The position numbers were made by a program, and so were the translations under genes. A stretch of DNA of 63,899 nucleotides, the filler included, from Octopus bimaculoides (taxonomy: Eukaryota): assembly GCF_001194135.2 (NCBI RefSeq). It is 7 parts of 7 records of this genome, joined end to end, with 100 filler letters (N's around TTAATTAATTAA, not from the genome) between each part and the next. Parts side by side here need not be neighbours in the genome. Positions count along the whole stretch, not along the records: positions 1 to 12,457 come from NC_068987.1; positions 12,558 to 24,030 come from NC_068997.1; 5 more parts are not named here. One strand, 5' to 3'. Positions 11,420 to 23,349 of this stretch are shown one piece after another. Position 1 is the first letter of the stretch; every line of letters starts with the position of its first letter. The notes below the pieces were generated by a model. That model was not told the DNA's origin, searched no databases, and saw only the letters and a list, made by a program, of their open reading frames with translations.

Positions 11420-11962
11420 CGATTTTACCAGCGCTTGGTCTTCAAAGGGACAACTGTGTTGAGATGATTGGAGAGGTTTGTCTGACTGTAAAGCGATATC
11501 GGGGCTGCAGCCTGTCAGGTTTGCTTCGACGCCTTTTGTGAATGCGACATAACTAAACGTGCGTGTCAGTGTGGTTCAAACCTACCTCTTGGTGGAATTT
11601 TAATTCAGAACGAAATGAATTGGAACAGATGCAACATTTTTACTAATTCTATCAATGGACAATCGTCGCCTTAATGAGCCCAAAATGTAAAGGGAAATTT
11701 GACCTTGGCGGGATTTGAAACCCAAGTGCATAAAGACAGAATTAATACTGCCAGGCATTTTATCCAAGGCTCCAACGACTTTGCTATCTCATCATCTACA
11801 GATTTCGCTGTATTACTAGTATTTATTCTGTATCGACACTTTTGCAATGCAAAAGAAATCCCTCTGACAGGCTGCAGCCCCGATATCGCTTTACAGTCAG
11901 ACAAACCTCTCCAATCATCTCAACACAGTTGTCCCTTTGAAGACCAAGCGCTGGTAAAATCG
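11420..11962. repeat. Perfect 99-bp inverted repeat (11420-11518 / 11864-11962) with 345-bp spacer
   Basis: Arms are exact reverse complements by manual comparison; spacer contains a decayed family B SINE. Confidence 0.95.
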
Positions 11963-12019
11963 TCCGAGGCCTGGCAAGCTATCCATTTCTCATATTTTGG
12001 TACAAGGTATAAGGAAATG

Positions 12020-12239
12020 TACGAGGGGTGCTGAAAAGTTCCTGGGTTTAAGGGTGTTGCGAAAGGCCTGGCTGGAGGCGTAAACATCCGAGTTCTTGTA
12101 CAGGACTGAGAAATATTGAAGGACCGCTGCAATAAGTGTATGAATCTGAGAGGGGAATATGTTGAATAAGATCATAATTAACTAATCCTCCTGCATTTTC
12201 TTTTGCTCAGAGTCAGGAACTTTTCAGTACCCCCTCATA
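12020..12239 (+). mobile_element. mariner-derived MITE (irritans/Hsmar2-like TIR)
   Basis: TA|CGAGGGGTGCTGAAAAGTTCCTG ... CAGGAACTTTTCAGTACCCCTCA|TA; interior retains the transposase C-terminus LKDRCNKCMNLRGEYVE*. Confidence 0.85.
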
Positions 12240-12457
12240 CAGTGGAAAGGATTGATTTCTAGAACATTCTTAGAATTTGTTCTTACGCCCATGGAAGGAT
12301 GGAATTTAAAGTAAGTTCTAGCACGAGAAAGTTTTTTCATACTTCAAAGCATTTAGCCCCGGGCAAGTTCTACCGCTCTATGCCACGTTTTTGATGTTGA
12401 TGAAATCATTGATCATGTTCCCGTTTCTGTTTATGTATGTAAAAAGAAGGGTGTCAC

Positions 12458-12557
12458 NNNNNNNNNNNNNNNNNNNNNNNNNNNNNNNNNNNNNNNNNNN
12501 NTTAATTAATTAANNNNNNNNNNNNNNNNNNNNNNNNNNNNNNNNNNNNNNNNNNNN
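12458..12557. other. Artificial scaffold join (44 N + TTAATTAATTAA + 44 N); also 24031-24130, 35614-35713, 43430-43529, 51151-51250, 61539-61638
   Basis: Identical 100-base construct six times; the 12-mer has stops in all six frames. Confidence 0.97.
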
Positions 12558-12605
<48 letters not shown>

Positions 12606-14551
12606 GTACGTATATACATATATACATATACACACATATACGAGACACATAACATGTACGTATATGTGTGTCTGTATATACGCACATGCATGCACACACA
12701 CACACACACATGTCAGTTGTTATGACAACTTGACAAAGAAGTTTCGTTGCCTGCCCCTGCTTAAAACGAAAAATCGTAAAAGTTACAAAATTGTTGGTTC
12801 GCAGTCATCAGATCTCGAGATAAACCCACCTGATCATTAAGCTACTTACCTAATTGCGTTAGATTTTAATATCAATTAGAATTCCCTCTTTACTTTAACT
12901 TCAAAGAAATATAATTATCAGTGTTTTCTAATATCATTTTCTGTTGTTCTTGCTTAAAACAGAAATATACGTCTACAGCAGTTTGACGAGATTATATGAA
13001 AATGATATAGAAGTACGATATACTATACGTGAAACAACATCAAACGCTTTTAATCCGATTCTCTCATTTTCTGCGTGTTTCTGAAATTCTGTTTAATAAA
13101 TTTCTCTCCCCCCCCCCCACCTATTTTAGTTATCTCCGTCTTTCTGGCCTGCTCTTTCTGATCGATAGTTCCAAAGGCATTACCGATAATCCACACGCGG
13201 ATAATGTTCGGAAAGCTATTTATACAAGAACTGTTTATGCTCTTGGACTTTATAAAGAAAAATTACTCGTCTAATTGCAAGTTGTTAGTCGTTGCTGTGC
13301 CGAAGGAGTTTCTCTTTCAAACGATAGATGGAAGGACATCCTAGCAATGTAGTGGGTGAAAGGATAATTAGAGTTTCGCTGTGATGTCCGTTTAAGTAAA
13401 GAGTTTACGTAACCCTTTAAATATCTTTATAATCTCTCAAAGACCAATGTCATTTTACATGGAGACAATATCGCATGGAGTCATAGTTTTAGTGAATTAA
13501 TGTCTGGAAGAAGTTCAGCACCCCTTGACCCTCTGCAAAATTCTCTGATTGGTGACAGAAAAGGAGGGAGTTTGGTTCGAATCTTTACTCTCAATGGTCG
13601 GGCACTGGTGATAAACTGGATAACGGATCACGTCTATCATCCATTATCTGTTGAGAAACCATAAAACGTTACGGGGAACAAATCTGAATATGTTCTTGCC
13701 TTATTGGGTTTTCATCAGTAAGGCATAACCTTCATCATACTTGTTGGTGTGGGAGAATACAATCGACAAATGAAGTTTATACATTTTTGGGGGTGTAAAT
13801 ACATATAAAGATTATAATCGCAGTAATTAATATCAGAAATTGGGATATAACAAGAGAAATCCTGAAGACAACCGTAAATTGCTTGATATACTACACAGTG
13901 AGCTAAAAGAATTTAATTTCTTTAAATTTTTATGGGATGAAACTATATTTGAAATATGATCACAATATCCATTTCTTAGGCTAATGCATATACTCTGATT
14001 TATTATAGAATTAATCATTGGAACATTTGAGCCTTTATTGATCTGTCAACGACTTTTGTGATGTTAATTCGAAAACAAGATTCAAAAATACTTCCAGACT
14101 GCTTCGATGCTGCATGTGATAAAGAGCTACTACCTAAGGTGTAGCACAACTTCCGCAGAGTGCAAACAACAAAGGCTTCCACAGGAATTTCTGTGTTGAA
14201 TATAAGCTTTACCCTTTAATAACGTGTCAGAGAGTTGTTAATTTCTGCCTCGTAAGATAAATTAGTTTCCTACCTAACGCCATTATATGGGGTTTAAAAT
14301 AAAGGTGTGATAACATTTCTTGTAAATACTGATTAAAAGTCTTGCAAGAAATTTTACATCTTGTTTAGCCCTAAATCAAGCGTGATTAAATGAGTCCATG
14401 GGTCAAAGCCGTTTTCTTTTTTTGTCAGTCAGGGATTGCATTTCCAATGTTTCCTTCCGTTTATTTTAAACGGTGAAGAAGGTAGAAGAAAAATCCATTA
14501 AAAGGTGATACAAATATGGCATACTTTTAGTTTAAAACATGATCTTCAAGA

Positions 14552-17500
14552 TAGGCGTGATTGGCAACGTGAGAATCGAAAATGTCGGCCCAAAGCCAAG
14601 ATGGCGTCCAAATTTAAAGATTAATAATTGTGATGTACAAGAAATAAGTTTTATTATAATAAACGTTGTTTATTATGCAATATCTTACACAAATAGCCTT
14701 ATATTTACCTTTCGAAGGATTTTTCTATTATCTTCTTCACTAATTCAGGTTATACAGGTTTCGTCATCAATCAAATGTATGGACAGGCACAAAGAAGCTG
14801 ACTTCTTGCATGTGCAACATCCTACTCATACAGTTTTGCACTGGCACTTTTTAAGTACTTGGCATTGTTCTGCTATGACTCTTAATTCAGTCCAGTGAAT
14901 AGTGAATGTGCCATCGTCATTATTTCTCCACCCCCAGGTGATAAGCGATGGTAGTGCTGGCTTCGTCTGGAGAGCCTGGCTCCATATGTGCCTTACCTGA
15001 TATGTAGCTCGTTGGACGTGCTGGATAAGAGCTCCTCGTGTGGGTGGGATTGCATCATAGTCTCTATTCTTTTCTGCAAACATGATTCTCCGGGCTTTAT
15101 TTACAGACAACTGCGAACTGGGTCCATCCTGCAGTAGAACACCGAATCGTTCTGTTGCTCCCGTCTGATCTGTGATGATCGCACAAGGTGCAGACAGCTG
15201 GCGAAATGTGTTAGCAGTTTCCTTTTTGCCTCTTCCTTTAAAGGCACTCACTGTGTCACAACCAGTCACTGCATGGAAAAAAATAACCCACATGCCTTCT
15301 CGCCAAGTTAAAAGACTATGCTGTGGACTGGTAACCATCTCCTGCTTTTACCCACTCCGTACGCAACCCACAAGTGGTCTAGACCACTTCTCTTCAAAAC
15401 AGGGAATGCTGCTACTGCTACGACGACTATATCAATGTCATTTGCAAGGATAGTTGCTCTAGTGATGTAGCTGTGCTTCACTGCATTCATGACATGGACA
15501 AAAACCCTAGTGTCATCTTCTTCATGGGAACAGTCGGTCATGTCTTCCATCAAGTGTTTTACCTCATCTTCTTTATTGCTAACACATGATGACATGGCTG
15601 TAGCAAAGGCTAGTCTACCAGTAGCTTGTTTCAACTTATGGTCTAGGAAACTATACAGTTCTTTTTTGTTCTCCTCATTTTGGATAAAACTGGGCCAGTT
15701 CTGAAGAAGCTTTCTTTTTCTGTTACTCGGCGTCGAGACCCCTAACTCATTGTAACCTTGTGAATGAATTCAGTGACTGTGCGTTGTAAGTATCAAATAC
15801 TACATCAGTGCATTTGTACCTCTCAGCATATTTGTTTACCTTTCCAACAAAGTCGTGTTCAGCACAGTCCTTGAAGGTTAGATGCTTGGGACGAATAGCA
15901 TGTGCTAGGTGTGCTTCATCAATGCACATAGCATCAATTTCTGGATCGTATGCAGACATTTCCACCTGATTCTCTAGGTATGCAATAAGTTCTGATTTTA
16001 TTCCGTGGTAGAGATTTCCATTTGAACTAATGGAAGCTGGGAAGTTTTGCATTTTCGTACCTGAAATACTCTTCCAGATCTACTTGTCTTGTTTGGCAAG
16101 AGATGAACAAGTTTGCAAAAATATTTAGTCTTGTTTCACAGCATTCATTCTCCTGCTTCTTTGCGGTCTTTGTTCTGAGCCTGTCAAATATTTTGAAGTT
16201 GTTCTGCTTCAAAGTGTGCCATACATATTCTAGATTAGATATAAAGCACTCAAATTGCTTCGTTCCCTCAGGAATGTAATTCTTCAAAACATCAACCGCA
16301 TCAGCTTTGGAATCAAATGTCAGCAGCTCAGAGGATGTTTCATCCAAGAATGGATTTCTGAACTCTTCCACTGTTTTACAAAGACTCTGCACATCTTCCA
16401 GGAATGTCTCTTGGAGGAGTGTGTTCGTGGTCTAACGTATTGGTGTGTTGCTTGCTTTTTGATAACTCATCATATTCCCCAACAAGGCAACATATCTCTG
16501 GCCCTGACGCCATCCATCTTAACAAGGTAGACTCATTTTACGTGTTAGCTACAGCTCCGCCATCTCCCTTGATTAGAACATTGTTTTTTCTCATGGGCTT
16601 GATCCACTCCGATGGCAGAGAACGGTCTTTCCGTCTTGTGGATCACAATCCTTCCTGCTGCAAACTCTTCATTGACTGATGGATTGGCCTCAGGTAGCTT
16701 TAGCATATCATTGATGTGCACAGACAACCATTCATCTTGCATAATGAGTGCTGTCATTGGCAAAGACGTACGGTATCGAGGCATTCAGTGAGACAAGGTA
16801 CCCTGTGAAATCACCCACTCTGATGGACCTGATATACCCGAGGATGATTACTTCCAGTCTGAGCATCATGTTCCAGTACAAGATCTGGGGTTCCTGAGCT
16901 TCTCGTTTGGCACACCAATCATTAAAGCTCCTAGACTCATCACGTGCCTCATATGCCCCTTTCTTTAGCTGGTACAAGCTGCAGGTTGTTACCTGATGCA
17001 CTCTTCTTGTTTTAGTTACACTAGCGGCAGACAAGAAAGACTCAGCTGTGACAGAGGTTGCAATGCCAGCTTCTTGAATCGCTGTTGTCCACCCACTGCC
17101 GTTAGGCAAACTACCAGCTACTCTTAAAGCAGCCATCTCAAACTACCAGCAACTCTTAAAGCAGCCATACGTTTGTGGCCACTTCTATTGAATCTACTTG
17201 GCCGGTGCAAACAGTGGTTGATCTACAGCCAGAACTGACTTGGATTTAACTTATGTATGACGTCTTTGACTTTGTCCATGGCATGCTTGATAATTGACAG
17301 TAAGGGCATAATGGCAGACATATCCATGTCAAACTGCAGATCTTCCACTTGTTGAGCATTGTGTGCTGACCATGTGACTTTAATATTATTATCATAGACT
17401 TCTGTAAGAGCTACTGACTGCAACCAGTCGTACTCAGGTTTTAGATTCGGCGCTGCAGGTAGGGTGGGAATGTCACCCGAAGAGGTATAGGGTATTTCTC

Positions 17501-17800
17501 CAGAAAAGTTGATTTTACTTTCGTGTAGCTTTCTGGGAGCTCAGGAATATTTTTGATCTTCTTCTTTAGAGCCAGTTCTGCTTGTGGCTCTCCTCTTGCA
17601 GCTCTCTGGAACAGAGAAATACTTTTGTCCCATGGAATGATGTTCTTGCTGTTGTGCTTTTGGGTCATGGTCAATGTTATCTACAGCCCGAACTGTGAAC
17701 ACGCTGCCCTTCATCTGTGGTGGAGTTGACACACTATGTCGTCTTCAACATACTGACTAACGACAGCTTCGCCCAGCTGGTTTGATATTTCAAACGCAAG
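14552..17800 (-). mobile_element. Decayed Academ (AcademX-type) DNA transposon: transposase + XPG/FEN1-like nuclease + Cys-rich C-terminus, 5'-truncated
   Basis: Frameshifted minus-strand ORFs read in order: AVDNIDHDP.STTARTSFHGT.SISLFQ; IIKHAMDKV...LNPSQ..LAVDQPLFA; EMAALRVAG..GSGWTTAIQEAGIA; CSHEEDDTRVFVH; NDIDIVVVAV; FFHAVTGCDTVSAFKGRGKK (H3TH-like); CQVLKKCQCK..CCTCKK. This architecture matches AcademX as I recall it. CAAGATGGCG motif in the 3' subterminal region. End at 14552 (TAG) is tentative. Confidence 0.75.
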
Positions 17801-17899
17801 TTGGAAATTGATACACAGGACAAACCGAAGGCAATTAATCTGTCGGGTAAATCCCACTCATCCACAAAGATCGATATCCTATCTAAATGGTTAAAATTC

Positions 17900-19545
17900 T
17901 CCCCCAACACCACGCAGAGCTAACCGAAATGGTAGGTTTCTTAGCGTTGTCAGTATTTATGCACCAACAATGTCTCATTCTGATGAAACTGTTGGGCAGT
18001 TGTATGATGGTCTAGCGCAATTATTGAGGAAAGTACCAATTTCTGACAAACTGGTCATATTAGATTTCAACGTAAAGGTTCGAAATGGCTGACATGGGAT
18101 TGGAAAATATAATAAATATGGAATATCTCTTTTGATGTTTTGTACTGAAAACAATCTGGTTGTTACCAACGCTTTGTTTAAGCAGAAATGTAAATATAAA
18201 CCATCGGGATGCACCCAAGATCTAAGGCAACGCATAGGTTATATTTTGATCAGAAAACGTGGTATAAAAGATGTTTCAAGTGTTCGGGCCATGAGAAGAG
18301 CAGAAAGCTCGTCTTTGTGCGTGGAAAAAATGAATATTTCGATAATGCCTAAAAGTTTGGTCCTCAGGCACCGAAAAAGCTACCAAGCAATATGCAAAGC
18401 TTCCATGCTGCTATAGAAAGTATCATTTTTGATTCAAATAATCTATGGGAAGATTTTAAAACAAAAGTATTTCAGATTTCAAGTTCTTCAACGGGATTTA
18501 AATCGCCTAAGTCCAGTGACTGGTTTTCAGACAAAGCACCAGAAATTCATGATCTGCATTTAGAGAAACAAAATTTATGCAACATACTTCTTTCTAAATC
18601 TTGAAGATTGCGATAATGTCAGTCACTCTGAAACAGGCTTGCAATCTCTTGTACTCAGTTTGTGATGATTTTGGCCTGACTATCCACTTGAAAAAGACAG
18701 TTGTGATGTATCAACCTGCACGTGGTGCTTTATTTACAGACAACTCCGAACTGGGTCCATCCTGCAGTAGAACACCGATTCGTTCTGTTGCTCCCGTCTG
18801 ATCTGTGATGATCGCACAAGGGTAAGTCACATGACTCTTTCATCTACCTCGGAAGCTCTGTACAAAATGTTGGAAACTTGGACATCTGCGAATTCGATGG
18901 GCAGCCACAGTATTTGGTGGTTTGGAGCCACGACTTTGGCGCCAGCAACATATCAATAACGCCTCAAAATTGTTGCATTCCTCTGAAACATGGACCAGTT
19001 ACGAAAAACATCTCAAATTGTTAGAATGGTTCCACCAAAAATGCCTTCACCCCTTTTAAAACATTACACGGGACATTTTTGCTCCAGACACAGATGTCTT
19101 TGCAGCTGCAGGCATCACTTCGCTTAAATCAATGATCTTGAATAATTAAATGAGATGGTCTGGCGACATTGTTCGAATGCCGGATGAACGCACACCCCAA
19201 CAGTCTTTTTTATGGAGAGCTTGCAGAAGGGAAAGGCGATCAGCGTAAAACCTAAAAAGAGGTTTAAGGGCTTCTTAAGGACTAACATGAAGTCACTTGG
19301 AATGGATCCAAGGCGATAAAAACCCATTCTGCAGATCGAGTTGGATGCTGAACAAAAGCTGTAGATTGGAGTAAAAGCTTTTGAAGAAACGAGGATCAAC
19401 CAGCAAAACTGAAAAAGAATTTAAAGAAAAATGCTATGATCAACGAGAAAATGAATTCCAGCCATCTTTTTGTGTGCACAATGTGTGACGGTCCATGCCT
19501 TTCTTTTGCTGGGCTCAAATCTTATCTGCGGACCCAATGAAGATC
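17900..19545 (+). mobile_element. RTE/BovB-like LINE, internally deleted and degenerate
   Basis: APE motifs VSIYAPTM, KLVILDFN, TENNLVVTN.LF, MHPRSK; linker WEDFK...DWF; RT7 CDDFGLTIHLKKTVVMYQP; C-terminus MRWSGDIVRMPDERTPQQSFYGEL...KKRFK; terminal C2H2-like CTMCDGPCLSFAGLKSYLRT*. Most of the RT core is missing. Confidence 0.9.
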
Positions 19546-19759
19546 GAACCTCCACCAACTATTCTGCCTATATCTATTTGTGCATACCTGTCAATGTTAT
19601 GTATGTCATAATATCTGCAAATCTTACGGAGGCCTCAAAAGACATTTTAAGAACAACATAGACCAGAACTTAACTGTAGTTCTTGGTGGTCCAAAACAGA
19701 TATGCAATTAATATGGGTGTCTTTTCAGAACATCGTCTGGTTTAAAAAGCCACATCAGA

Positions 19760-20020
19760 CGCCATTATAGATCTAAGATGTACATACAAGAGATGGTCAA
19801 ACTTTGCTTAAGTAGTAAACAAACACCATGTATGCATTCACCATGCTGGACCACTGAAATCTACAAGTTTTCTTCACGCTCTCTCTTATTCCTTTCTGTT
19901 GAAGAGCGTAGGCTCGAAACGTAAACGACTTTTCCATTTTTCCCGAGTATCAAATTAATAAAATTGCTTGTTGTTCATGCACCTGTCTTCGCCCTTTGTT
20001 TTTCTATAAATTCTAACAAT
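19760..20020 (+). mobile_element. Penelope-like element terminal repeat (pLTR) fragment
   Basis: CTGTTGAAGAGCGTAGGCTCGAAACGT followed by AATAAA and a T-rich tail; the 3' part recurs inverted at ~42170-42230. Confidence 0.55.
19892..19930 (+). ncRNA. Degenerate minimal hammerhead-ribozyme-like motif
   Basis: CTTT-CTGTTGA-A-GAGC-GTAG-GCTC-GAAACGT-A-AACG: core with A6 changed to T, 4-bp helix II, palindromic ACGT helix III, GUA cleavage triplet, imperfect helix I. Confidence 0.4.
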
Positions 20021-20034
20021 ATATACACATATAC

Positions 20035-20066
<32 letters not shown>

Positions 20067-20224
20067 GTATATATATATGTATATATATATATATATATAT
20101 ATANNNNNNNNNNNNNNNNNNNNNNNNNNNNNNNNNNNNNNNNNNNNNNNNNNNNNNNNNNNNNNNNNNNNNNNNNNNNNACATACATACATACATACAT
20201 ATATGTATATATATATGTATATAT

Positions 20225-20345
20225 ATATATGCGAAGTGCTCCATTCAGTTTTTGTTATCCAAAATGCATTCAAAAGGCTTTCGTCGCCCTAGGTCTATAG
20301 CATAAGACACTTGCTAGCCCGAGGTGTCTTGCAATAGGACTGGAA
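20225..20345 (-). mobile_element. Family C SINE 5' part, degenerate, next to (TA)n/(TACA)n
   Basis: CCATTCAGTTTT...CTATAGCATAAGACACTTG...GGACTGGAA aligns to the reverse complement of 43045-43185. Confidence 0.55.
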
Positions 20346-21133
20346 TTATTAGCAACCTCTATTATATATGTATATATGATGTAAATAATAGATACAGTAA
20401 ATAGAAAAATTAAAGTAGAAATAGGAAGAAAAGAGTGTGATGGCGGAGAATCATTGGAGAATATTGAATTCTGCGTAGTATATTGATTTTCATATTAAAT
20501 ATTCATGACGGGTAATGCATATCTAGTGATATCAAATGCCATGCTGTGGATATGTAGATATATCAAATGTCATGGTGAGCGACGATAATTCTATTATATC
20601 AATACATCTTAGTACATTTATCGGCTGCTGTGATTTATTGTGGACACATTCATCTGAACACCTGACAACGACACAGAGAGAACAGGCAAATGTCAACAGC
20701 TTAGCGGGCAGAAATTGATGATTAAAGTATATAATGTTTATACAGTGTTTTGCCGATAAGTACTTTGTCAGTACATGTTCTTACACAAGCGCACGCGCAC
20801 AGACACAACAGTCCAGACAGAAATACACATATCACGCGCACATGCGCACTTACGCATACACAAGCAAACAGAAAAAAAACATACGCGTAGAAGCCTCGTC
20901 AAAGACAAATACACGGAGGAGAGGTTTTATATATTATATTTAAATATAGAAAACAACAAAATTACAACAATAGTTATGGACGTATGTATGTCTACATAGA
21001 AGCAAAGATGCAGACATTCATGTGGGCAGACACACAAACAGACAGACGGGCAAACAGATTGATAGATAGATAAATAGATTGATAGATGGACAGACAGGCA
21101 GGCACAGACAAATAGATAGATAGAGAGATAGAC

Positions 21134-21192
<59 letters not shown>

Positions 21193-21670
21193 CAGATAGA
21201 TAGACAGACAGACAGATTTCAGTCAGGTGAGCATAGTAATCAAAATGAAAAGAAATGAATCATAAAAAGAGAGTAAGTATATTTGATGTTTATTGCTTTC
21301 TACGACATGGTCCAAACGTTATAACTTTTGCTGATGAAGCTGAAGTCGAAACATCTGGCCATATTGTATTCTGTAAAAGGACATGTATGTATGTATGTAT
21401 GTATGTATGTATGTGTATATGCATGTATGTGTATATGTATGCAGCGAGAGGGAGAGAGAATGAGAGAGAGAGTACCAGGTCGGAAAAAACAACAGCTAAT
21501 ACCTCACTACTGATATCGGTGACTAAAAATTTTAGAAACAAAGTATTGAGATTATAAACAAATATAGCATATGTCCACCAAATAGAACCAATGAGTTCAA
21601 TGAACCTGAAACATTACTAATCTTTATGTATTATAATTACATTTTATTGTCAACATGTAAATATAGATAA

Positions 21671-22175
21671 GTGTGATTGTGTGGGAAGAAGCTTGCTTCC
21701 CAAACCACATGGTTATGGATTGGGCAAGTGTCTTCTACCAAAGCCTCAGTTCGACCAAAGCCTTACAAGTGGATTTGATGAACGGAAACTGAGGGAAGTC
21801 CGTCGTATGTGTGTGTATGTGTTTCGTGTCTGTGTTTTTTTTTTCCCTACCACTACTTGACAACTGATGTTGATGTTTAGAAATAATACATTTCTAAATC
21901 TCTCAGAGAGATTTATGCAGTAGTGATACGATGAAGTTGTTGTATGCTGTCAACTTAATGTGACAGTCCCCTGAAGGGAATAATATTACTGTTGGTTAGG
22001 ACACAGAAAATGTGTCAAGGCCGACAGGAAGCGGTGCTGCTTGCTAGGTCTAACCAACAGTAGTATTATTCCCTTCAGGAGACTGTCACATTAAGTTGAC
22101 AGCCTACAACTACCGATGTTGATGTGTTTACATCCCTATAATATAGTGGTTCGGCAAAAAATATCGATAGAGTAT
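21671..22175 (+). mobile_element. Family C SINE (GTGGCTGTGTGGTAAG head) interrupted by a hairpin-rich insertion
   Basis: Head and body to 21876, resuming at 22115; GATGTTGATGT duplicated at 21866-21876 and 22115-22125. Confidence 0.7.
21946..22103. repeat. Fold-back inverted repeat, 54-bp arms, 50-nt loop
   Basis: 21946-21999 versus 22050-22103, 2 mismatches. Confidence 0.95.
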
Positions 22176-22489
22176 TGTGGTGGCGGCAGTGGCAGCATTG
22201 ATAAATTAATGAGTCACTTGTTAAGGATATCTCTACAGATATTACATAGAAATTATAACCAGTTCTGATATTTCTTACGACGTTTCCTATCCAAGACATG
22301 AGACGCAAAAAAAAAAAGTTTTTGTTTGTTTGTTGGTTGTTTACGTCTGACGTCTCAGATACAAAACGTTGTAAAAAAAAAAGTCAGTGCTGGCTCTATC
22401 TAATTAGTATACAATATCTGTAGAGATAACCTTAACAAAAGATGTGATGCGCACTGCCGACAGAGTAGAACACGGTATTGGCTTATACT

Positions 22490-22720
22490 TTTTACTCTTT
22501 TATTTGTTTGTCATTTGACTGCGGCCATGCTGGAGCACCACCTTTAGTCGAGCAAATCGACCCCAAGACTTATTCTTTGTAAGCCTAGTACTTATTCTAT
22601 CGGTCTCTTTTGCCGAACCGCTAAGTGACGGGGACATAAACACACCAGCATCGGTTGTCAAGCAATGCTAGGGGGACAAACACAGACACACAAACACAAA
22701 CACACAAACACACACACATA
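22490..22720 (-). mobile_element. Family C SINE 3' half
   Basis: GCGGCCATGCTGGAGCACC...TCGACCCCAAGACTTATTC...GCCGAACCGCTAAG...GGGACAAACACAGAC, as in 36370-36703 and 37840-38128. Confidence 0.85.
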
Positions 22721-23255
22721 TAATAATAACTGACGAAAAAAATGTTTTTAATTTTCTTTCAATGACGAGGTGTTTGTTTTGGCCTTCCTTTATCAAAACC
22801 AAATCATTAACGCCATAAACTGTTTGATAAAGTGACATTCAATCAATAGATTTTTGTATAGAACTTCCGTTAATAAAAATATCTTTGGAAATAGGAATAA
22901 TTATTATAAAAGTAATTTCCTTGAATCTTGGAATAATTTTCTTGAGTAGGTTTAATTTGTATTATTCCTAAGGAACGTAATTAAACCTGTTAAAGATTAC
23001 CTCATTGTACTCAATAAACATTATAACTACATAGTTTTGCCCCATTTTCTTTGTTTTTCAGTTATTTTTTCTCACAAATTACCAGGAATAATGATGGGTT
23101 TCTAAAATATTTGCTTGTGATCTTTGATCTTCAGTTTTAAAGAATTTCAGGATTTCAATGTTATATATAGCATAGAATTAATTATATACTTAAATAGAGA
23201 TACAAACATACATAGTCATACATACACGCAGTTACACGTAGATGTACATATATGC

Positions 23256-23286
<31 letters not shown>

Positions 23287-23301
23287 CGAACTCGCACTCG
23301 C

Positions 23302-23349
<48 letters not shown>

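Noticed and set aside
12502-12513. TTAATTAATTAA recurring six times at 8-12 kb spacing
   Set aside because: Always centred in exactly 88 N; an artificial six-frame-stop linker, not a biological repeat.
14900-15640. Host FEN1/XPG/EXO1/GEN1 gene
   Set aside because: Intronless, multiply frameshifted and fused to transposase-like and Cys-rich regions; fits a transposon.
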